Source: Lytechinus pictus
Taxonomy: Eukaryota
Direction: 5' to 3'
DNA: 64,000 nt
NCBI RefSeq assembly: GCF_037042905.1
Contig: NC_087245.1
Location: 6,326,001 to 6,390,000 of the forward strand
Shown: in pieces, positions 49,314 to 60,000 of the stretch
Layout: every line of letters starts with the position of its first letter
Position numbering within the stretch: the stretch's first letter is position 1
Made by a program: the position numbers and the translations under genes
The notes under the pieces: model-generated
Told to the model about the DNA's origin: nothing
What the model saw: the letters and a program-made list of their open reading frames with translations, nothing else
Database searches by the model: none

Positions 49314-49483
49314 CACTTAAAAAAATGAAATGATAATTTAGCTCTTAAGGAGTGTGTATAGTGACTGCACTTCGGAGTGATGATTTTCCTCATTCAAATT
49401 TGAATTACACAAATCTGCAATCCGAAGTGCAGTCACTATACACGCTCCTTAAGAGCTAAATTATCACTTAATTTTTAAGAGTG
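49314..49483. mobile_element. Small foldback MITE, TA TSD
   Basis: TA|CAC...TGATAATTTAGCTCTTAAGGAG...CTCCTTAAGAGCTAAATTATCA...GTG|TA. Confidence 0.8.
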
Positions 49484-49559
49484 TAGGGAATTAAATTGAA
49501 TATCTGATTGGTTTAGCATATTTCGCAAAATCGTATAAAATACAAAATGATAGTTTTTA

Positions 49560-50035
49560 TTGTCTTGCCTGCATATGTGCCGCTTTTCAGATGATGGTGA
49601 CATTGTCAACATTGAATTCTTAATCAAGGTTAAGTTTATGAAAACTGCATGTATATGGACCTATTTTGTGAATCCTGGACATAGGGTAAGCAAGTATCAC
49701 TGATCATGAGGTCACATGTCCAAGGTCATAGGTAATTTAAGGTCAGTGAATTTTGTTCATGTTGGGGATATCAGCATTAAACCAATGCTAGGTTTTTGAA
49801 AGTCATCATGACTCAGAAAATATCTGGATCTAGTACTTGGAACTTGGACATAAGGGCAATCAGGTATCGCTGATCATTTTGCATGAGTTTTAGGTCACAT
49901 GATCAAGGTCAAAGATCATTTAGGGTCAGCGATATTGGTATTTTATTATTAAATGAAAGGTGCTTTTGTGAAAAACTAATTTTTTTTTCAAAGTCAGCAC
50001 TGTTTCTGCATTGAAGTGTGTAATGCAGGTGTTTC
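49560..50035 (+). mobile_element. Old diverged copy of HINE-like family B (3' fragment also at ~50593-50665)
   Basis: Shares GGTCACATG..CAAGGTCA and TCAGCACTG...ATGCAGGTG blocks. Confidence 0.65.
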
Positions 50036-53000
50036 ATTCTATATTTTGTTGACGGCACAGTTGTAGTTTTCAAATCTTTTTTACATTAGTACTTGTATGA
50101 ATTTGTTTACACAAGGAGTAGATACATTATATGCATTGTATACATCAGAAGAATGTTTTTATATAATTATATTTCTACAAAGATCTCATCTCATCCATAC
50201 CATACATTTTTGCTTGGTTTTTTATGTTATGTTGTAGTCTCATCCATACTTAACGTTGATATTGTATTCACTTCAAAATTCTGAGTTCTTACAGTCAACA
50301 CACGTTGTGATCATACTACCATAATGATGGTATTGTGTACAAAGTAAGATAGAATTGTATGATTCAATTATAGGGAGTAGCATACTTGTTTAAAAGAGAG
50401 AAAAGAGGAGAGAGAGAGGGGGGATATGAGATATGAAGAGGAATGGAGAGAAAGAGGCAAGACTTGACAAAAATGACAAAGTTATCTGAAATGCCAGTTA
50501 CATTAATAATACAAAAAGATTCCTCGTCTTACAAAGAATTGCGATTGATCCGATCGATCGCAACTATGGATGGCCAGAAATTAATCTTAGTTGATTTCAA
50601 AGTCAGCACTGCTTCTATATTGGATTGCGTAATGCAAGCAAGTCTGCCGGAGGCGCTCCGCTTGTTTACAATTTGAAGAGGAAAATGCCACTGACAATTA
50701 TTCAGTGCTCAAAGGAATGGAGACCTGCAGCTTTTCAGTAGGGTTTTGTAATTTCTTTGTTTGGCTCTAACTTTGATTGAATTGCAATGTCAGAAAAAAC
50801 TGTTACACAAAATTTTATTGCAGATAGAGGTGGAAAGCCGTGCCAAATAACAATTGCAAAAACTAGTCGAGAGATGGAGCCAGGTTTCAATTATTTAAGC
50901 ATCCAGGAAAAATCTATTTTTGATATCTCTATGTGATAGAAGTGAAGAAAATCAAATTGTACAGCAAGAAAAAAAATTGAAATCTAATTTTTTAGTAGAA
51001 GAAATACAAGTAATCAGTTGTCTCTCACGGCGTTTGATCCATCTTCTAAGCTACTCAATCCATCACCACGATGAACCTCTTCCACATAATGTAATTTTTC
51101 TTTGTTCAAACCTATGGACTCACAATGCTATTAATGTAAATAAGACACTTGACAAAAAACTAGTAACAAAGCTGTAGGTTTCATGAATTCAAGCATACAG
51201 GAAATATATTTGTTGATACCTCTGTTATAGGAGTGAAAAAAATCAATTGGTAATATTAGGGTAAAGCAAAAAAAAATCATCAATTTTTCCTGTGCACAAA
51301 CATATTACACTTTAGGAGTCACAACGTTTCTAACACAGAATGACATCACAGGTTTGAGGTCAATGAAAAGCACAATCATATTTCCGAAGCCAAATAACTG
51401 AGCCATTCGCAAAATACTCAGCTTGCAAGCAGTGAAAATGCATAAACCTTCCGGACTGTGTTATGTAGTTTATAAGCTTCCAATATGAATGATTTGTCAG
51501 TTTCTTTTTTAGGTCTAGTCGGTGTCTTTAACAACAATAACCTAAAAAAAAAAAATCGTAGGATGTCAGAGTTATATTTCTAAGTACATGTTAATCAAAG
51601 TAATTACTGTAGTCAATTGCAAGGTAATACCCCAAAGCAAAACAAATGCATTCTCAAGGTAGTATGCATTCACATGTATATTCCATACAGGTATTATCAA
51701 TTATGATACCGGTAATTCTAATGATAGTGTTTAATTTTAATAACACAAAGAAATGCTGAAAAATGGGAAGCAGTGCACTTACAGCTGGTCTGCTAAAGCC
51801 AGGGTAATTATGTATGCTGTTTATTGTATAGTGCTTAGAGACTTCTGATAAAATAAGTGTTACATGCTATACTGTAAAAGCAAGTATGATTATTATTATT
51901 AAACGAATCCATATGTATATATTTGATAATGAAATAGTGATATTCATGGGACAAACTGCAAAAATTGCGATGCTTTAATGATTATGCATAAATCAATTCA
52001 AGAATGCAAGTTTTATTTATTTCGATTTATTCATTTATACATTTGTTTTTGCATGTCATGACAATATACAGTGCGATCATCACAAAAGTAAATGTGATAA
52101 TTTCAACATGAAAAGATGTGATCATTTACATAAATGATTGTACGTAAGTGGCAGACATTCAGCGGTATGACAATATAAGCATATGCTTGAGATGTTTTCA
52201 CACCTTTCAAAATATAAAATACATATAAGAAAAATACTAGGAAAGTCAAACGAGCTAACTAAATGACTACTACAAAAAAAAAAAATTGTTCCACAATTAT
52301 AAACACCAATATTTACACAATGTGTGTGAGGCATAATGATATTTGATATCAATCTTAAAGCTGAAACATACAGTACAACAAATATTGGTCTTGTGAGAGA
52401 ATTACATCTTTAAGACAAGTATACTTTAACTGCATTTTTGAAGGAATGCACTGATAATAAATTCCTAGTAATAGTCTGAATAGGATTGATAACAACTTAC
52501 CAGTAATAGAAGAACATTTTGAGAATATAATAAGAATGTTGATCTTAATCTGTAAAATACATATTCATGGAGAAAGGAAAATATAGGTTACTTTTACCTC
52601 ACCAGGCGGGGGGGGGGGGGGGTTAATTGATGGGCTTATGATGTAATGTCCCCACTCTCCATTTTCATATTTCAATTCATAGTTATTTCAGATATTTCAT
52701 ACATCAGGGGATGGATCCAGGATTTTCATAAGGGGGGGGGGCACATTTTCCTGATGAATTTATGACAAGCAAATAAAAAAAAGTCCTCACTTTGAAAGGG
52801 GGGGACACTTGGGTAAAAAGACATATTTACATATTACAAATTTTGATTATGGCTCTCAAAAGCCATCTTTCACATGAAATCAGTTGTCAAACCCATTTTT
52901 ACATTGCTTGAGGATAAAATTTGAATAGACAAATTTCATGTGATAAAATACAAGAGATATACAATTCGCTCATTGCATATTTATGAGGACATACATACAT

Positions 53001-53747
53001 GTAGAACGTTTACACAAAAATAAAGAAAAGAAATATACTAACTTTATTTCTTCCTCTAATTATATGCTCCCATGCTCTATAGATCTAAGGTAGATATTAA
53101 CTTATTGTTGATTGATATCTGGCCTAATGTAATAATCGGATGGACAAAATGAGATGTAATTAATAGATGCCAAAGTAATACAGCTGTCTGACATTTCAAT
53201 GTGAGCCCTGCAAGATACTAAGATTATTTGGATTGTTAATAAAAATAATTTGAAGGAGATGAGGAACTATTTCAGTCTGAAAGCTCAAATCCCCTTTTAA
53301 GCTTTAACAATCAGGAAACTTGTGGCATGGTAAGTTTGATTAGTTATTTTACATGAATATCTTTATCTTGAAGAACATCTGCTTGCAGAGTTTTTACATT
53401 TTGACCTTGCAGAGTAGAGTGCCTGTCTATTTTAGACATATCCACAGACATATGGAACAAATAAAAGGATGAACTGCACACTTAGACGGCATGCACCTGT
53501 ATTTGGATTTGGTGAAGTATTTAATTGCCAATTAGGCTCAATCAACATAATTACAATTGGTAAATAAGGAACATATTCCAGATGATAGTGAGTAATTTTG
53601 ACAAATGTTATGTTCATGTCAGTTTTTCTATTATCTTCTTTACCTTTCAAGTTGTTTATTTGTTTTCAGGGAACTAAGCAAAATCAATGAGCAAATTTGA
53701 AAGATCAAACGAGGAATAAATAGCACTGGGGTATTCACATTTATTCC

Positions 53748-53755
53748 TATATAAA
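53748..53755 (+). promoter_or_regulatory. TATA box of the VWD gene
   Basis: TATATAAA about 170 bp upstream of the signal-peptide ATG. Confidence 0.5.
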
Positions 53756-53925
53756 CCCTGAAAACTCGTACAGAATGAGTGTAACCCTTTTCTGAGCTTT
53801 CCTCATGTTATTTTTTATCATTCATCTGGAGATTCAAGATAACAGATATTACGTTGAAGATTGGTATCTTCTTACGCGGCGTGGCTGCTAAAGTCAGCCA
53901 GCCAGAATTCAAATTGGTTTCAAAA

Positions 53926-54014
53926 ATGGGGAAATCGACATATTGCCTGATTTTCCTAATAATAGTACTGTTTTTCACTGAATATTCTGATGCCCATGTA
54001 CACTACAGAAGTCG
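53926..54014 (+). CDS. VWD gene exon 1: signal peptide
   Basis: AAAATGG start, hydrophobic core ending SDA, GTAAGC donor, TATA box upstream. Confidence 0.8.
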
Positions 54015-57000
54015 GTAAGCTTTATTATGTTTCTTGGTTACTATCCCCTGATTTCATTGTTTCTATCATGATTAAATGATATTTTAAAATGTTTTTTCGA
54101 TTCATGTCAAAGGATTAAAGAGTGAAATTGTAAAATAATGATAAAGTAGAAAGATCTAGAAAATGGCGCATTTGGGCCCATTGAAAAGGGAGAACAAATG
54201 AATGGTACCGTGACTCTAGAAAATTGACCAAATTCATTATAATTTTTTTTTATATGGGTTGATTCTTGTTTTTTTTTCAGGCCAGATTACTCTTTCTTTA
54301 GCAGCAGCGGTGACCGTAAACTGATTTTCAATAATCGTAAGTAAACAACTTCAGGTACATGTATCATACTATTATTATTGCATAGGAATGCTAAAACCAA
54401 AATGAAAAAATCATACATCCGGCTATAAAATATATGTTTTTCGACATTGAAATACACCTTTTTCGACTTAATTCTTGTTTGTTTGGAAAGCTCCATTGCA
54501 ATAAATTACATGAGTTGTCGACACAAATTAATGGGACATGTGGAATGTAAAATGAACTAATGAAATATTATGTAATTAACATCAGCATCTCGGGCCTTTT
54601 GAGGAAGATTTTTTAACCTAATAATTGCTAGTAATTAAGGTATCATTAAGAAATACATTGCATAAAATAGCGTATTATATCTAATGGTTTGATATAATTT
54701 GATTCGGTTTTTCTTAGCTCTTAAAAGACTAGGAACCAACCTTGTTTGAATGTAAAAAACAACTTAAATCAAAATATTGAAAGCGAACAATCTTTTTTCT
54801 TTGTCATGGCTTGTGATATAACCATGCTCTCTAAGTACTTTGGATAAAACTTATTAATCTCCCAGTTGCTGGCAGACAAGGCAAAGTATCTTTAATAACT
54901 ATGTTGTGGGTTAAAATGTCTTTACTCTCGCAGATTTTATCCAGCCCAAAGGATTGAATCGAACATCGAATTGGTCTAAGAAAATAATTCAAGATACATG
55001 TACTTAACCAACCTTAAGATCACCCCCATCGATATTTGTTTTTCTTACATACCATGTGACATGTATGATGCATGCCAGACATATGAAAACAAATGGATAA
55101 ATATATTTAAAAGATGAAATTGAGTTTAATCAAATGTAAAAACAAAAAATATGATTAATCAGTGAATTTTTAAAGCTAAAAACGATAGTTGCATTGAAAT
55201 GTCCATGAAATCGCTGTTTAGAGAATTTGGGGTCTTATAGAATATTGCGTAATTTCTGAACTGCATGTACTGGAGGGTGGCAGATTTGTTATAAAAGTAT
55301 GTGCGTTTCACATTGCTGATTTATCACCCAAAAAAAATGCAGGGGGAATGCTCCTCCGAATCAGCTCCCCAGTTTTAATAGAAATTGCTTTAATTGGTCG
55401 TAACCGATTTTGATTCACCGATATGTTCACTTTGTTCTTGTATAATAACTTATTATTTGTTTTCCCATCCAATTTCATCAGAGTTGCATTTGAATTAATG
55501 AATGGGTGTTCAAGTTTGAACAAATTTTTTCTTCAACTCTCTGCACCCATGGTTCATTTTTGTCTCACCTGCATAGCAGAGTGAGACTATAGGCGCCGCT
55601 TTTCCGACGGCGGCGGCGACGGCGGCGGCGGCGTCAACACCAACACCAAATCTTAACCTGATGTTAAGTTTTTGAAATGACAGCATAACTTAGAAAGTAT
55701 ATGGACCTAGTTCATGAAACTTGGCCATAAGGTTAATCAAGTATTACTGAACATCCTGCCTGAGTTTTATGTCACATGACCAAGGTCAAAGGTCATTTAG
55801 GGTCAATGAACTTAGACCATGTTGGGGGAATCAACATCAAAATCTTAACCTAAGGTTAAGTTTTTGAAATGTCATTATAACTTAGAAAATATATGGACCT
55901 AGTTCATGAAACTTATACATAAGGTTAATCAAGTATCACTGAACATCCTGCTTGAGTTTCACATCACATGACCAAGGTCAAAGGTCATTTAGGGTCAATG
56001 AACTTTGGCCGAATTGGGGGTATCTGTTGAATTACCATCATAACTTTGAAAGTTTATGGATCTGATTCATGAAACTTGGACATAATAGTAATCAAGTATT
56101 ACTGAACATCCTGTGCAAGTTTCAGGTCACATGATCAAGGTCAAATGTCATTTAGGGTCAATGAACTTTGGCCAAATTGGGGTATTTGTTGAATTACCGT
56201 CAGCCATAAATTTGAAAGTGTGTTGGTCTAGTTCATAAAACTTGGACATGATAGTAATCAAGTATCACTGAACATCCTGTGCGAGTTTCAGGTCACATGA
56301 TCAAGGTCAAAGGTCATGTAAGGTCAAAGAACTTTGGCCACGTTGGGGGTATTTGTTGAATTGCCATCATATCTCTATAAGTGTATTGGTCTAGTTCATA
56401 AAACGTGGAAATAAGAGTAACCAAGTATCACTGAACATCTTGTGCGAGTTATAGTAGTTTTCAAAATCAACACTGCTGCTATATTGAATCGCGTGATGCA
56501 GGTGAGACGGCCAGAGGCATTCCACTTGTTGTTACTAAGCATTCAATGCCGTTTCATATCATTCCTTTTTTTTAAAAATTCAGTTTGAATTTGTGAAAAA
56601 TATGCCGCTGCTAATTTTTAAACACTTCTTGTGTGCTTTTTTTAATTTGATCGCTCTTTTTGAATGACAAAACCATGAAATTGCCTGTAAATGAAATGAA
56701 ATTGAATGAACTATTTGCCTTTTTTTAATGTTGATCTCATAGGTCATTCAAATTGGTTTCAAATTAAATGATTGTGACATCATTAAATTGGATGGGAAAA
56801 CCTATATTTTGTTCGATATATGTGTGTAGTAATTTATTAGTCATATTTGATATACGTAGATCATAATTTACATTTGTTACAAAAAATACCATGATTTTGT
56901 CTTTCATGGCATGAGGACGTATTTTCAAATGCTACAATGCATATTTTTGGGTTACTTTTACCGGTAATTCAATGTTTTTTTTTTCACTCTTTCTTAGTTA

Positions 57001-60000
57001 CTATCATGATTTTTTTTTTTAAATATTAATCTGTTCCAACTACCCACGAAGGCTCACTTCTTTTATCCTTCATTATTAGGAGTATGATGACAACTATGAT
57101 GATAATAATTGAATAATAATTACCAATTATGAAATTATTATCATTGTTATTAGTATTATCATTATTGTTATGATATTAATTAGTATTATTATTGTATTAT
57201 CATCATCATCATTATCATCACCATTTACATTTCTTAATGTATTTTTTCTTATGTTCTTTATTATTATACTATTAATGAATTTTTAATCGAATTAACATTC
57301 TATCATGAATGTCTCCATAATATTTGTTGTCGTCATTGTCACTATAATCATATTTTTTTTGGTTTTATCCTTTCATAGCTGCATTCAAACGTGTTGCTAG
57401 AGCAGCATCTCACAGAGGTAAACGGTCAAGTAATATAAATCACACGACTACAATCTCACCTCCTACGACCAACCTTCCAGTCACGACTAGCATACCAAGT
57501 GTTTCGGTTCCAGGTAATCATTACACTCTTTTGTATCAATCATACAAATTCAGCACCAATAAGAGAAAGGTGCAGTAATAGGCTATGATTGCAAATAAAT
57601 ATTTCATGAATCTTTATAATTTGTAGTTTCAGGTTTTTGGCAATATTTATCATATTGATCGTATGCACCAATGACCTTCAAGGGATGTGATTACACGCAC
57701 AAATTATTTACTAATATTTTGTCACCTACATGTACGTACACAAAATGCGTGGTTTGGTGTACATGTATATAAAGACAGTCATTTGTAATATCACTGATTC
57801 GCACTTAAAGCTACATGTAGCCTCATAAAAATGTTATTTATTGGATTTCACTTTTCGCGCTTTTGGCCTGGCCCAGATGTACATGTACTGTCACTGATGC
57901 AAATACTCTTTAAATAGTACCGGGGTATATATATATATATATATAGATGTGTCTTTTTAATTAATAAATTAGACATGCAGGGTAGAATTTGAGTAAGCTC
58001 TTTTGCCAATAACATAACACAGTATTATTATTTTAAGATTTTTTTTCATTGTCTTTCACTCAATACAGGGATTCCAAACTCTGTGTATTGTAATGTATGG
58101 TCCCAGAGCCAGTACCGAACCTTTGATGGGAGGTTCTTTTCCTTCAACGGGCAATGTACTTATTTGCTTGTCACAGACTACCAGGAGGAATCATTCAAAA
58201 TCTATGTTCAGAATAACTACCCTTGCTTTCATGAAGACAGCACAGCATGCAGGTAACTCATACCCCATCTATCAAATTTTTACCTCTAAAAAGGAACAAG
58301 ATGAAGGTTTAAGTAGGAACATGAGTGTATAAGTAAGAGAAAATCAGAAAATTACCTGAAAACAGGTATAATCACCTGCCTTCTGAAAACTTGAAAACAC
58401 ATGTCAGTTGATGATGAAGTTGAAATTAAACATTCTTGACACCTTACATCTCGCTTCTAGAATAAAACATTGGGAGCTTCTCCAAGTTTTAAAAAATGAC
58501 TTTAGGTCATTAAATGCATGGTAAATGACCAATTGAGTGCAGCATGTGAATAGGAGATCACTGCCAGGCAGCTGTGAATTGGCATCTATAATATTATTTT
58601 TCCCTGCCTGATGAATAAGTAAGTTTCTATTACTCTGAGAGGGAGCGTAGCGAACGCATGAAAAAATATTCAAAGCTAGTTTTTAATACATGTTTAACTC
58701 ACAGAGCCCATGATTTTTTTTCTTTTCCGGATTAGGGGGATGTAGTGGCAATTAAGAAAGTGTATTGTTTTATGCAGTTACCATCTACATGCTTATAGAC
58801 TGAGATAATTTCCTATTTTTAAAGAGCGAAACTTGACATCATTGGGAACTATGAAAATTTAACTACCAGTATGGCACAGTAACGCAAGCAAAACCGATCC
58901 AGACGGCGACCGAAATAGGGACTACTAATTATGCTCTTCATATATTTTTTCTTTCTTTCTGGTACTCTCTTTTTAAATATTTTTTTTCATACTTTCATTC
59001 TATATACCGGTACATTGAATAACGATTTTACGCGAGTAATAAATTGTGGCTTAGGCATACTGCGGGTCAAGGGGTCATTGTTTGGGGGCAATGAATATAT
59101 GTTAGAAGCATGTTAGGGTAGATATTTTTAAGTCATTATCAAGTTTGAGTGGATATAATATTATTTCAATATTATTGATTTACTAACCATGCAGGGCTGT
59201 AGTAATTGACAATAGCGATCCCTACAATTTGATCTATCTGCTCCCCGGTGGAAAGGTACAATTTGACAATGAACTTGTAGATCTTCCAAGAAAAGTAGGT
59301 GGAGTGGTACTAGAGCAAACATCTAACTATATCAGAGGGAAAAGTGGATTAGGCTTCACAATCACCTATGATGGCAAAGACTCTATCACGGTCTACATCA
59401 CTGATACTGAATTATTGACAAGCAACACGGCTGGTCTTTGTGGATTGTATGATGGAGATCCGACCAACGACTTTTTTATTATCAGTGCCAACGCTGATGA
59501 AGATCAAGCTACAGAAGCACACAACTTCGGTCAATTTTGGATTATGGACTTGATGGAAGAGAGAGGTAACGGATCTTTGTATAGAGACAATAGATCATTA
59601 TAAAGAGATAACAGATCTTTATATGTAGACAATAGATCTTTATAAAGAGATAACAGATCTTTATATGTAGACAATAGATCATTATAAAGAGATAACAGAT
59701 CTTTATATGTAGACAATAGATCATTATAAAGAGATAACAGATCTTTATATGTAGACAATAGATCATTATAAAGAGATAACAGATCTTTATATGTAGACAA
59801 TAGATCATTATAAAGAGATAACAGATCTTTATATGTAGACAATGATCTTTATAAAGAGATAACAGATCTTTATATGTAGACAATGATCTTTATAAAGAGA
59901 TAACAGATCTTTATATGTAGACAATGATCTTTATAAAGATAGAGATAACAGATCTTTATATGTAGACAATAGATCTTTATAAAGATAGAGATAACAGATC

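Noticed and set aside
58795..58885. Possible extra VWD exon (AKLDIIGNYENLTTSMA)
   Set aside because: Exons 4 and 5 already join in phase into a continuous VWD domain, and the splice sites are weak.
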